A stretch of 64,000 bases of DNA from Aulosira sp. ZfuVER01 (GCA_034530615.2 JAVRCV020000008.1:1-64000), one strand, 5' to 3'; shown: positions 20,301-30,298, counted from the first letter of the stretch. Translations and numbers: made by a program. The notes: a model not told the origin generated them from the sequence alone.

Positions 20301-21548
20301 ATGAATAATAATTGGTTTCAAACAGCACGGTTGGGGATGTTTATTCATTGGGGCCATAGTTCTCAACAAGGTTTAGAGTTATCCTGGCCTATGGTTGGAG
20401 GTGTATTTAGTCTGCCTTTTTGTCAGAATATTTTGATTGAAGAGTATTACCGTTCAGCTTCTAGTTTTAATCCCCAGCAGTACAATCCTCAAGCATGGGC
20501 AGATTTAGCCAAAAGTTTAGGAGTTCAGTACGTTATTCTCACAACTAAACATCATGATGGTTTTGCTTTATTCCATACTCAGCAATCTGATTTTTCAATT
20601 GCAAACACACCTTATCAACGGGATATTGTAGATGAGTTTGTCACAGCTATGCGCGCTCAAGGATTGCGTATTGGCCTTTATTTTTCTTTGAGTGACTGGC
20701 ATCATCCCGACTATCCTGCTTTTACCGAAGCTGATAAACCTTACCGCTTTGACAAACTACCTCAACCCACACAGCAACAGTGGGAACGGTATCGCCAGTT
20801 TATGTTCAATCAGGTAAGAGAATTATTGACTAACTATGGTCAAATTGACATCATCTGGTTTGATGGTAGTTGGGAGAGGACTCCAGAGCAATGGCAAGCT
20901 GAAGAATTGGCAAACACGATTCGGGAGTTACAACCTAATATTCTCATTAGCGATCGCTTACCAAATTGTGGTGACTTTGAAACTCCTGAGCAGTTTATTC
21001 CGCATCAACCGCCTGTTCATCCTTGGGAAACTTGTTTGACTATTAATGAAAGCTGGGGATATAACTCAAGCGATCGCAATTTTAAATCCTCTCGTCAGCT
21101 AATTCATACGCTGTGTGAAGTTGCAGGTAAAAGCGGTAACTTACTGCTTAATATCAGCCCAATGGGCAATGGACAAATTCCATCTGAACAGGTTGAACGT
21201 TTAGAGGACATAGCCAGTTGGATGTCTCGCCACTCTGAAAGTATTCTGGGTACAACGCCAGGATTAGAACCGTGGCAATTTTATGGCCCTTCAACTCGAA
21301 AAGGTAATCGGATTTATCTGCACCTGTTGATGAAGCCTTATGAAACTATCACTGTCAGAGGTTTACCAATTAAACAAGTGCAGTCGGTATCGTTGCTAGC
21401 AGATGGTACGCCACTAGCTTACACAAGTCGTTGTGCAATTATGGATTCTCTATTGAATCCCGATCCCTTAGGTGAGTTAACAATTTCTGTCCTCCAATCA
21501 GCTATAGATCCCTACGCCACAGTCATTTGTATCGATATTCAACCATGA
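20301..21548 (+). CDS. alpha-L-fucosidase (GH29)
   Basis: WFQTARLGMFIHWG, TTKHHDGF, IWFDG nucleophile, WETC.T.N.SWGY, NLLLN; ATG at 20301. Confidence 0.92.
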   Translation: MNNNWFQTARLGMFIHWGHSSQQGLELSWPMVGGVFSLPFCQNILIEEYYRSASSFNPQQYNPQAWADLAKSLGVQYVILTTKHHDGFALFHTQQSDFSIANTPYQRDIVDEFVTAMRAQGLRIGLYFSLSDWHHPDYPAFTEADKPYRFDKLPQPTQQQWERYRQFMFNQVRELLTNYGQIDIIWFDGSWERTPEQWQAEELANTIRELQPNILISDRLPNCGDFETPEQFIPHQPPVHPWETCLTINESWGYNSSDRNFKSSRQLIHTLCEVAGKSGNLLLNISPMGNGQIPSEQVERLEDIASWMSRHSESILGTTPGLEPWQFYGPSTRKGNRIYLHLLMKPYETITVRGLPIKQVQSVSLLADGTPLAYTSRCAIMDSLLNPDPLGELTISVLQSAIDPYATVICIDIQP

Positions 21549-22208
21549 TTATCTCACCCAAGGCAGTAAGTTGAATGTACCTCTTTCATACATTATCAAC
21601 AGACCCAAGCCAATTAAGACAAAAGGCACAAGATAATGACCGTAGCGACTTAAAACAGCAGCAATGGCAGGGTGAAGACTTAAATAATAAGCGATCGCAC
21701 ACCAAATCCCTACCATGACAAAAAATACTATTAAAATTACCCCCAAGCTGCCAAGGTTATGACCAGCAAATAAGGGGATATATATACTAATGTTGTCGCC
21801 ACCATTAGCAATGGTTACTGCTGCTACTTTATAAGTTTGAGGATGCAGAATAGTCCAAATAAAAGAGAGTATAAAGTTATTGGGTGATGTCTGTGCAAAA
21901 TTAGGAGATACTGTCTGGACTTCTGTAGTTTCTTGTTGTCGAGATAGTAATTGCTTCAGACCAATTGCGATTGGTAGTATTCCCAGTAATCCAATCCATT
22001 CTCGTGGTACTACTAAGCCACCAAAAAATCCTGGTAAGCTAGCCAAAATAATTCCTAAAAACCCAAGGTACTGACCAATGATGATGTGTCGCCGTCGAAA
22101 GTTAGTATCTACTTGGGTAAAAAATAACAGTAAAATCAGGATGTCATCAATATTTGTAGCGGCAAAGGCGATTATTGCTTCAGTGAAAGCTGCCCCAAGC
22201 TGAGTCAT
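21549..22208 (-). CDS. CadD-family cadmium resistance transporter
   Basis: FAATNIDD, GQYLGF, TIANGGDNISIYIP. Confidence 0.9.
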   Translation of the reverse strand: MTQLGAAFTEAIIAFAATNIDDILILLLFFTQVDTNFRRRHIIIGQYLGFLGIILASLPGFFGGLVVPREWIGLLGILPIAIGLKQLLSRQQETTEVQTVSPNFAQTSPNNFILSFIWTILHPQTYKVAAVTIANGGDNISIYIPLFAGHNLGSLGVILIVFFVMVGIWCAIAYYLSLHPAIAAVLSRYGHYLVPFVLIGLGLLIMYERGTFNLLPWVR

Positions 22209-22335
22209 GGTGGATGGTAAGAAGTTACAATTTACCACCATACCAAATTAACAATCTCCCTCATCCTGATTTTCTTCCTGCTGTTCTACATTTCTCTCTG
22301 TGTTAGATATTGTGGGACAAAGCAGGACTATAGGA

Positions 22336-23094
22336 ATGTTGCTAAAAGTTTCTCTGGAATCTCCGCTATTTATACTATTCATAACAATTGGTTTTTTAGT
22401 CGTAACTTTAACAGCTTGGCTATCACCACAACCATTAGTCTTAAAATCTTTTGGGCTGGATGATATGTTCCAGTTACTTACGTTACCGTTTTTTATTTCG
22501 CTTTTATTGGAGCGTTCTTTAGAAGTTTTTATAACTACTTGGCGAGGCCCAACCACAGAACAGTTAGAAGTTAGTATTCAACAACAAAATGCTCTAATTG
22601 CTGAACAAAGAAAATTTATAGCAGAGCGACAACAAAGCCAAATTCCTGTTGTAGAAGCAAATCCTATCAAAGTTAATCCTTCAGGAGGAACTACTTTAGA
22701 ACAGCAACTTATCCAAGATTTTAGCCAAGATCCTATAGATTCATTTCAGCAATTACAACCTTATATTGATGATTTAAATAATAGAATCAAAGATGTCTAT
22801 GAAAAAGAACGCAAGCGATTAGCTTATAAGGCTGACACTAGAATAATTGCTTTATGGACATCTCTTTTATGCGGTCTATTAATTAGTGCGATTGGTATTC
22901 GCTCCATTGAACCTCTAATTATCCTTGACTCAAACAATTCCATTCAAATAGTTATTTTTCGCTGTTTAGATGCATTATTAACAGGTGGTTTAATTGCTGG
23001 AGGCAGTGAAGGAATACATAAGTTCACTCAAGTATTTACTGACTTTTTAGAAGCAACTTCTCGGCAAACTAAAGATAGGGTATTATCTAAATGA
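22336..23094 (+). CDS. hypothetical membrane protein with central coiled coil
   Basis: long ORF with TM segments at both ends, LLERSLE and GGLIAGGSEGIH motifs. Confidence 0.7.
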   Translation: MLLKVSLESPLFILFITIGFLVVTLTAWLSPQPLVLKSFGLDDMFQLLTLPFFISLLLERSLEVFITTWRGPTTEQLEVSIQQQNALIAEQRKFIAERQQSQIPVVEANPIKVNPSGGTTLEQQLIQDFSQDPIDSFQQLQPYIDDLNNRIKDVYEKERKRLAYKADTRIIALWTSLLCGLLISAIGIRSIEPLIILDSNNSIQIVIFRCLDALLTGGLIAGGSEGIHKFTQVFTDFLEATSRQTKDRVLSK

Positions 23095-23197
23095 AAAATT
23101 TGACAATTGAAAAAACGCATAATTATAGATGGAGCTTAAAGTCTGAAGCCTGAGAGAATTAAAGTTGGAGAGTGCGATCGCATACTTTCTCAACTAA

Positions 23198-23463
23198 TAC
23201 CAATTTCATGTGAAGTTGCACATATCTAGATCCCCCTAAATCCCCCTTTTTAAGGGGGACTTTGATAGATTTCTTCCGCTTCCCCCCTTAATAAGGGGGG
23301 CTAGGGGGGATCGGGTGCATCCCAGTTTTTATTTTGCGGCTAGAGAATAAAAACTTAATCTCCGCAGAATGGATGGTTTGACAATTAGTACTTTAGCACC
23401 ACTCAAAAAAGTGGGATGCTCCCGGGGGGATCGAATTCTATGCAGCTTCATAAAGAATTGGTA
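23198..23463. mobile_element. MITE with imperfect TIRs and TAA target duplication, carrying a palindromic core and a nested MITE
   Basis: TACCAATTTCATGTGAAGTTGCA ... TGCAGCTTCATAAAGAATTGGTA, flanked by TAA on both sides. Confidence 0.75.
23313..23423. mobile_element. 111-bp MITE with 18-bp TIRs and 9-bp TSD
   Basis: GGGTGCATCCCAGTTTTT / AAAAAGTGGGATGCTCCC; GGGGGGATC duplicated at 23304-23312 and 23424-23432. Confidence 0.85.
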
Positions 23464-23502
23464 TAAGTTGCAATCGCCTTGATGAATCAGCCTGAGATAC
23501 CT

Positions 23503-24942
23503 TTATCTCAACACCTCTTTTTGTTGTTGATAACGCTGTTTAAACTGCTGTTGCTGAATTTTATGCTCGACAATTGGGTCAGGATAACCAACAGCGCGAC
23601 GTTCCAGAGGTGTGATTTTTCCGGTTACTAAATATTCGGTATCTATTGACCGTAATTCTGGCAACCATTGGCGGATGTATTCGGCATCTGGATCGAATTT
23701 TTGTGATTGGCTGGCTGGGTTAAAAATTCGCACTGGTTTGGGGTCCATACCACTAGAAGCACTCCATTGCCAACCGCCATTATTGGCAGATAAATCACCA
23801 TCAATCAATCTCTGCATAAAATATTTTTCTCCCCGTTGCGGACTAATTAATAAGTCTTTTGTGAGGAAACTGGCGACAATCATTCGGCAACGGTTATGCA
23901 TCCAGCCGCTTTCATTCATTTGACGCATGGCTGCATCCACAATGGGATAGCCTGTTCTGCCTTCGCACCATGCTTGAAAATGTTCTTCGTTATTTTCCCA
24001 AGGAAAGGTTTTGAAAGCATCGCGGTAAGCACCGTCAGCTAATTCTGGGAAGTGATACATGGCGTGTTGATAGAATTCCCGCCAAGCTAATTCCTGTTGC
24101 CATGTGCGGATACTGGCTTCAGTTTCTTCGCTGCGGCTATTTTCTAGCGCTTCTAAAGTAGCTTGCCAAACGCTGCGAATGCCAAGCACGCCAAATTTTA
24201 AAGCTGCACTCAGTTGGGATGTACCATCAACTGCGGGAAAGTTGCGTTGTTCTTGGTATTCATTAATGGCAGTGGCGCTAAATCCTTCTAGCCGTTCTTG
24301 CGCTGCGGCTTCTCCTGGGGGAAGAATTAAGTCTCCATCCCAAATAAATCCTAAATCTTTGGCTGTTGGTAATGCGATCGCTCCTGTTTGCTTGGCAATT
24401 TCTTGTTCGGCTGGTGTTAAACTCTCGACATTTTGCAGAGTTTCTACTGGTTTAGCTTTGGTTTTGCTACTCCAATTTCTCCAGAAGGGGGTGTAAACAG
24501 TGTAAGGGCCATTGCCACCTGTGCGAATTTCTGCTGGTGCGTGCAGGATTTGATCCCAATTCTGATCGAGAAATGCAATGCCTTTTTCTTGGAGAGCATT
24601 AATTATAGTGCGATCGCGTTCTTGGGAATAAGGTTCTACATCCCAGTTCCAAAATACAGCTTTGGCATTTAAAGCCGCTGCTAATGCGGGAATTGCTTGT
24701 ACGGGATTATCGTGAAGAATCAACAATTGGCTACCAGCTTGAGCATATCGCTGTTGTAGTGCTTGCAAACAGCCAATCATATAAGTTACTCTCACTGGAG
24801 CAACATCATCTCGTTCCAGAATATTCGGATCGAGGCAAAATACTCCCACCACTTTAGGACTTTGTTTACGTGCCGCAGCCAGTCCTGTATTATCAGCGAT
24901 ACGTAAATCGCGGCGATGCCAAAATAAAATTAAGTCAGACAT
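23503..24942 (-). CDS. phrA: deoxyribodipyrimidine (CPD) photolyase
   Basis: [51 protein letters not shown]. Confidence 0.93.
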   Translation of the reverse strand: MSDLILFWHRRDLRIADNTGLAAARKQSPKVVGVFCLDPNILERDDVAPVRVTYMIGCLQALQQRYAQAGSQLLILHDNPVQAIPALAAALNAKAVFWNWDVEPYSQERDRTIINALQEKGIAFLDQNWDQILHAPAEIRTGGNGPYTVYTPFWRNWSSKTKAKPVETLQNVESLTPAEQEIAKQTGAIALPTAKDLGFIWDGDLILPPGEAAAQERLEGFSATAINEYQEQRNFPAVDGTSQLSAALKFGVLGIRSVWQATLEALENSRSEETEASIRTWQQELAWREFYQHAMYHFPELADGAYRDAFKTFPWENNEEHFQAWCEGRTGYPIVDAAMRQMNESGWMHNRCRMIVASFLTKDLLISPQRGEKYFMQRLIDGDLSANNGGWQWSASSGMDPKPVRIFNPASQSQKFDPDAEYIRQWLPELRSIDTEYLVTGKITPLERRAVGYPDPIVEHKIQQQQFKQRYQQQKEVLR

Positions 24943-25137
24943 TCCATACTCATAATAGTTCGCCCGTACTAGTGTAGAGTCTTATGTACTCATAAGCATC
25001 ACTCTAACGATAAATTTCTTTGCGAAATCGATTTGTTAGCAAAAAAAGACAAACAACTCCGGTTTGCCTATCGGCATTATGGCTAATTAATTAAAAATTA
25101 AGTATACTTCTCTTAATGGTTAATTACTGCTTCTGTT

Positions 25138-25692
25138 ATGGCTACTCTATTGCTTGACGACGGTACGATTGAGAGTGATTTAGGCGAGATAGTCCGTGAA
25201 TTGGCTCCTCTTGGCATCCACCTGAAACACTACGATCCGGGAACATCGCTGCTGTTCCCTCAGTTAGTCGAGCAAGAAGTTATCACCGAGTCTGAGAAGC
25301 GCTACATTTTAGAACTCCACAATGGTGTTTTTGAATTTCTCCAGCAAGAAACAGGCTATCTCTGGTGTGACTTGCTGAATGTGCATCCTGGTTCCCCTCA
25401 TCTACAAACTGCGATCGCCACTTACAGCCGTTATCATACTCATACTGCTGCCGAACCCATCTATGTTTTGGCAGGAGAGATGATTTTTGGCTTTGTAAAA
25501 CCCGATGGTAGTCAGATACAGCTTTTAGTTCAGGCTCAAGATTATCTCGTGATTCCGGCGGGAGTTGAACATTGGTGTAGTCCTAATGCATCTTTGAATT
25601 TCAAAGCAGTACGCTATTTCATCACCGCAGAAGGTTGGTTGCCTAACTACACAGGAACTCAGTTAATTGATTCTTTAAACAAGCAGCGCTAA
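25138..25692 (+). CDS. acireductone dioxygenase-like cupin
   Basis: HTH...E and IPAGVEHW metal ligands, AVRYF...GW. Confidence 0.75.
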   Translation: MATLLLDDGTIESDLGEIVRELAPLGIHLKHYDPGTSLLFPQLVEQEVITESEKRYILELHNGVFEFLQQETGYLWCDLLNVHPGSPHLQTAIATYSRYHTHTAAEPIYVLAGEMIFGFVKPDGSQIQLLVQAQDYLVIPAGVEHWCSPNASLNFKAVRYFITAEGWLPNYTGTQLIDSLNKQR

Positions 25693-25716
25693 TAGTTATT
25701 AAAAATCAAAGCAGGG

Positions 25717-25785
25717 ACTAACGCACCGCACGTACCATTCAAGATGTTCGGTGCGTTAGGACTATAGTCCATAACACACCCTACG
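25717..25785. repeat. GTAG-type REP-like palindromes
   Basis: taacgcaccg...cggtgcgtta and ggtgcgttaggactatagtccataacacaccctac; near-identical copy at 43264-43299. Confidence 0.7.
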
Positions 25786-25819
25786 GTTAACTACTGTTAA
25801 CAATATATTGTGCCCGAAC

Positions 25820-26140
25820 TTAACGATTGGTAAATAGTAATAGAAAACAACTACCATTCAATAAAGCAGTAATCACTGCACCAATAATTACACCTTTCAT
25901 CATTGCCAAACGCTGTTGTTTTCTTAGCCAAATACAAAGAGGAATTACATATAACATTTGCCAGATGAAAAATCCCCAACCACCAATAATCCAAATACCT
26001 AAATAATTATAATTACTGTAACCAAAGATTAGTCCATAAATCCAGCCTAGCAAAAAGATTATTCCTATTGCTAGGAAATGCAACCCAAATAAAAGAAATA
26101 TCCCTAAAAAAATATTTAAAGTTTCATTTCTTTGAGACAT
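25820..26140 (-). CDS. small 3-TM membrane protein with C-terminal ..ALLNGSC
   Basis: 106 aa, AGGA RBS, 36 nt downstream of the radical SAM gene. Confidence 0.75.
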   Translation of the reverse strand: MSQRNETLNIFLGIFLLFGLHFLAIGIIFLLGWIYGLIFGYSNYNYLGIWIIGGWGFFIWQMLYVIPLCIWLRKQQRLAMMKGVIIGAVITALLNGSCFLLLFTNR

Positions 26141-26176
26141 TAATTTATTCCTGTAGATGACGCCGATAAATTATAT

Positions 26177-27595
26177 TCACGAGGGATGGTTATTTACTAG
26201 GTGATATCCAGCGCTGCCTTCGCGGTAAAACATATTGAAAGTATCAAATGGGATAATCCTACCATCTGGATGGACAATATGAATACAAGAGCGCTTCACT
26301 GAACGGACATCAAAGTTAAAAGGGTCGAGAAATTGTACAATCATCACCCGAAATATATTAGAGTAGTTAATTCCTTCGGGTACAGCTATCATTGGCAAAC
26401 AACACAAAAGCTGCTTGAGTGATAAAGCCGCAGAAGTTGGTGAATGACTTGTAGAAAATAATTGAAAAATTTGCTGCTTTAGTTCTTCATTTTGTTCATA
26501 AAGCACGCTGTTAGGCATAATTTTCACAAAAATATCTGGATTAATTAACCCAGTTAGAGGTATTACTTTGCCATTTAGTTTCAATGCATAAGCCATTGCT
26601 AAAGAATCAGGATGACAGGGAACTGGGAGAATATCTTCAGGTTTAAAATAAGGACTTTGTTCTAAAATTGAGCGTCGAACTTCTGTTAAGGTATATCTGT
26701 CTCGCTTGGGGTCAAATCCTGCTAATCTTCCGGCTGCTTGTATCGGTTGAAAAGTTACACCTCGGATACATTTTTGCTGTAAAGCATACTCGAGGATTTT
26801 GCCAATTTCGCGGTCATTTAACCCTTTTTTGAGGGTGACAACTAATGTAGTAGAAATATTATATTCGTTGAGATGGGCAATTGCTTGCTCGCGCACAGTC
26901 CGTAAATCTGCACCGCGTAACTCTTTTAAAGCGTCGGCTTCAAAGCTGTCAAATTGCAAATATACTTCAATTCCTGGCATATATTGGCTCAAGCGATCGC
27001 AAAAAGATTTATCCTTAGCGATCGTTACGCCATTAGTATTGATCATTAAATGCTTGATTGGCTTGCTTTTGACAATATCCAATATTTGAAAAAACTCAGG
27101 ATGAATGGTTGGTTCGCCACCGCTTAATTGCACTATCTGCGGTTCCCCTTCATTTGCTACTACCGCATCAATCATGCTTTCAATTTGTGCTAAACTGCGA
27201 TGCAGTCGTGGTTGATGGGATAACTGCGAAACTTCTTCCACGCCTGAATCCGCATAACATATTGGACAGGAAAGATTGCATTTGTCTGTGACTTCGATTA
27301 ATGTTAAACAGCTATGCTGTTCGTGATCGGGACAAAGTCCACAATCATAAGGACAACCATATTTAATTGGCGTATTAAACTTGAGGGGCATATCCCCTGG
27401 TTTAATGAATTCTAGAGACTTTTTATAAAATTCAATATCATCAGCTATTAAAACTTCTTCTCTCCCGTGAGTGGGACAGTGTTTAACTAAGTAAACACAA
27501 TCATCTTGAAAAATGATTTTGGCTTCTACTTTAACTAGACATTTTGAGCAAACACTATTAGTTAAAGCGTAAAATAAATAATTGCGGGTAGGCAT
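26177..27595 (-). CDS. radical SAM enzyme, Tes/MJ0619 (tetraether lipid synthase)-like
   Basis: CSKC...CPTHG, GCPYDCGLCPDH, CNLSCPIC, SGGEPT, NTNG, YLQFD, C-terminal SCIH..DGRIIPF; start set at MPTRNY because the upstream extension is STRR-derived. Confidence 0.85.
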   Translation of the reverse strand: MPTRNYLFYALTNSVCSKCLVKVEAKIIFQDDCVYLVKHCPTHGREEVLIADDIEFYKKSLEFIKPGDMPLKFNTPIKYGCPYDCGLCPDHEQHSCLTLIEVTDKCNLSCPICYADSGVEEVSQLSHQPRLHRSLAQIESMIDAVVANEGEPQIVQLSGGEPTIHPEFFQILDIVKSKPIKHLMINTNGVTIAKDKSFCDRLSQYMPGIEVYLQFDSFEADALKELRGADLRTVREQAIAHLNEYNISTTLVVTLKKGLNDREIGKILEYALQQKCIRGVTFQPIQAAGRLAGFDPKRDRYTLTEVRRSILEQSPYFKPEDILPVPCHPDSLAMAYALKLNGKVIPLTGLINPDIFVKIMPNSVLYEQNEELKQQIFQLFSTSHSPTSAALSLKQLLCCLPMIAVPEGINYSNIFRVMIVQFLDPFNFDVRSVKRSCIHIVHPDGRIIPFDTFNMFYREGSAGYHLVNNHPS

Positions 27596-27609
27596 GGTGA
27601 TGTTAAATA

Positions 27610-27642
27610 AGGCAGAGGGCAGAGGGCAGGAGGCAGAAGGGG
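27610..27642. repeat. heptamer STRR (GGCAGAG)
   Basis: aggcagagggcagagggcaggaggcagaaggg. Confidence 0.8.
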
Positions 27643-27735
27643 ATGGAAAGAAGTTTACAAGTTTTTTTAAGGTAGGCAATGCCAACTTATGGTTATTGAA
27701 AATACTGCAAAACGTCCGTCAAATTTAATTTAAAA

Positions 27736-28479
27736 TTAGTTGTTGAGTTGAAACATTTGGGGAATGCTGCGGCGGTAATACAAAATAGTTAATAGGCAAG
27801 CAACTTGAATCGCACTCAGCCCCAAGAATGGATGAAAATCGGGTTTAATGAAATCTACCAGAAAACGAAAACCAAGATAAGAAACTAAATAAAATTTAAA
27901 TAACTCGCCATTTTGATATTGGTAGCGACTACGAAATTGTAGAAACAGAGTTAGTAATACTAAAAATAAGATTTCATATAATTGAGTCGGATGGCGGGAA
28001 ATGCCATCGCCAAAATCTACACCCCAAGGTAAATTTGTAGCGATGCCGTAAGTGCGATCGCTCAACCCTGTAAGAAAGCAACCAATCCTTCCAATGGCTG
28101 TTCCCCAAATTAACGGGTAAACAAATACATCACCAGTAGATTGGTGAATATTAAGCAGTTTTTTGGTGGTTTCTACACCAATTAATCCACCCAAAAGCGC
28201 GCCTACAACTGTTTTTCCTTGCAGTAATAGTAATAATAATTGCTGTTGATTTTGCCAAAGTAAATCAATGTGTTGCAGCCAAACTAGCATTTTGGCACCA
28301 ATTAAAGCACCTACCATACCACCAACTATGACAGAACTACGTTGGCTAGGTGCAATAGAATCTTTGCGAAGATGGCGTAATAGTAAACGAAAGGCAGTGG
28401 CGTAAGCCAAAGACTCAAATAAAAGATGAGGGTGGATTTGGAAAGCACCCCAGCCAATGTAAACGGGGAAATTCAACAT
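27736..28479 (-). CDS. prolipoprotein diacylglyceryl transferase (Lgt)-family paralog
   Basis: GRIGCFLTG, LPWG, RHPTQLYE, RFLVDFIK; lacks the canonical N-terminal RWYG. Confidence 0.85.
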   Translation of the reverse strand: MLNFPVYIGWGAFQIHPHLLFESLAYATAFRLLLRHLRKDSIAPSQRSSVIVGGMVGALIGAKMLVWLQHIDLLWQNQQQLLLLLLQGKTVVGALLGGLIGVETTKKLLNIHQSTGDVFVYPLIWGTAIGRIGCFLTGLSDRTYGIATNLPWGVDFGDGISRHPTQLYEILFLVLLTLFLQFRSRYQYQNGELFKFYLVSYLGFRFLVDFIKPDFHPFLGLSAIQVACLLTILYYRRSIPQMFQLNN

Positions 28480-28491
28480 AATTCGTAATTA

Positions 28492-29289
28492 TCACTCAAT
28501 TTCCTCACAGCGAATCAATAATGTTTCCATTGCTTCTGCTAAAGAAATTAAGTCTATCCAAGAGGAACCACTGACTAGATTTTGCGCGTGAGCTAATCGG
28601 TTGCGTAGTTGTTCGGCAGATTTGAGAAAACGCTCTCCAAATCTTTTTGATTTTAGTCCAAGTTGTTCAAGAAGTTCTGGTTGATTTAAGACTAACTCTC
28701 GTTTATCGCAGAATTGGAGATAATCTAATAAATCTGTGGCTTCGTTTCTTTCTTGGCTTTCGCGCCATAGTCGTTGAGCAACTTGTAAACGTTCTGGTTT
28801 GAGGAATTTTTGCCAGGAATCTTGAGGATAGTAAAGCCGCACCAGTCGCAAGAGATTCATTTCTAGCAATGTAACTAAACCAAACAGCAACATTCGTGCA
28901 GGTGCTTTTTGCAAATCGCCACAGGTAATAATTCCAGTTACTTGATTGCAATCTAGGACAAATAATCGGGGAGTTTGTTGCAGAATGGGTAGCAATTTCA
29001 TCAGTGGAGTAGAAATGGCGATGAGTTCTTTGGGATGAAACACTCGCTGATAATCGCTGCACTTACCGGATGTGGCTTTGATTAAGCTAGCGCGTTCTAC
29101 ATAACCAGCAATCGTATCTCCCGACTCCACACCAACTACATCAAAATCCCGTGCTTGCATCCAATGCAGCACCTCTGTTACTTCTGCTTCCGCCGACACT
29201 GCTTTGAGGGGTTCTGCGACATATTCAATTGTGATGTTGTTCTCAAACAAACTCCGCAAATCTTGAGAACGTGATTTAAGGTGTTTCAT
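28492..29289 (-). CDS. CBS-like domain protein with C-terminal HEPN-like RxxxxH motif
   Basis: CBS-type segments (FDVVGV..IAGYV; LFVLD..VTGIITCGDL) and LRNRLAH. Confidence 0.65.
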   Translation of the reverse strand: MKHLKSRSQDLRSLFENNITIEYVAEPLKAVSAEAEVTEVLHWMQARDFDVVGVESGDTIAGYVERASLIKATSGKCSDYQRVFHPKELIAISTPLMKLLPILQQTPRLFVLDCNQVTGIITCGDLQKAPARMLLFGLVTLLEMNLLRLVRLYYPQDSWQKFLKPERLQVAQRLWRESQERNEATDLLDYLQFCDKRELVLNQPELLEQLGLKSKRFGERFLKSAEQLRNRLAHAQNLVSGSSWIDLISLAEAMETLLIRCEEIE

Positions 29290-29303
29290 TCTTCTAAATA
29301 TAC

Positions 29304-29340
29304 TTCAAGCGCCCAGACTCGTTGAGCCTGAGCGCTTGAA
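29304..29340 (-). terminator. hairpin downstream of the Cys/Met-rich gene
   Basis: ttcaagcgc...gcgcttgaa perfect 9-bp arms. Confidence 0.45.
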
Positions 29341-29377
29341 TATTAGGTTGCAGAGAAACTTCTGCTGGTTATGGAAA

Positions 29378-29755
29378 TTAAGCAGGCATCATGTGCATTG
29401 AGCGGCAGGCTTCTGCACACTTGCGGCAAGCTGCGGCACATTCCATCATTTTAGAATCGCCACTCATTCCTTCACAAGCCATTGCACAGCGATCGCACAT
29501 TTCTGCACAAAGCATACAAGTGCGTCCCATGAACTCGGAACCACTCATCATCATGTTCATGCACATCATGCACATTTCAGAGCAGTCACGCATCATGCCC
29601 ATCATGCTCATCATGCTCATGTCCATCTGCTTGCCTTTAGACATAGACATACAGTGGGTCATGGCTTCCATGCACATTTTATGACATTCCATGCAAGCGT
29701 CCATGCAAGTTTGCATTTCGGTTGTCATGGATTCGTTCATCATCATCATCATCAT
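29378..29755 (-). CDS. four-helix-bundle copper storage protein (Csp3/DUF326-like), extremely Met-rich
   Basis: repeated CxxxCxxC pattern, 17 Cys and 40 Met; AGGAGG RBS. Confidence 0.85.
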   Translation of the reverse strand: MMMMMMNESMTTEMQTCMDACMECHKMCMEAMTHCMSMSKGKQMDMSMMSMMGMMRDCSEMCMMCMNMMMSGSEFMGRTCMLCAEMCDRCAMACEGMSGDSKMMECAAACRKCAEACRSMHMMPA

Positions 29756-30298
29756 AGGAAAACCTCCTAACTAGCTGATGCTTTGTGAGTCGTCCTTGGT
29801 AGGACTTAACTATCACGTTAGACTTAGATTTTTTTACAGTCAATAGGGTTTTTACGAGGAATTTATAACTTTAGTATCCCGATATGTTTACCGATATTTT
29901 TGTATTAATTCCACATAACTTAGTGATATTTATCATGAGAGTTTACTGGGAATTGTTGTAAATAGAGCGATAAAATCTCCCGTAAACAAGCGGTGTTTTC
30001 TTTAATAAGCCAACTTGTAACTCTGGGATCGATAAATAGGCTTAACTCTAAAGTTAGATTTATGTCAGTTTTTTTTAACAAAAGGCGATAAAAAGATTTG
30101 TAAATCTATTCCTTAGCTAAGGGGTTGCCGACGCTCTTACGTTGCTACTGCTGCGCTAACACCAAGAAAATCACTTTTCCAAAAACCTCTGATAATACAT
30201 TGTGCGATCGCATATCGGTAGTGTTTTGTCTCATAAATTTTGAGGGTTAGTACAGAGAATTTTAGGTAAATGAGATACAAGCATAAACCTCGAAAATA

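Noticed and set aside
27596..27685. 30-aa N-terminal extension of the radical SAM ORF
   Set aside because: Translates an STRR heptamer run (SASCPLPSA); the family-like sequence begins at MPTRNY
29391..29684. 97-aa + strand ORF
   Set aside because: Antisense shadow of the Met/Cys-rich gene (CAT/GCA codons)
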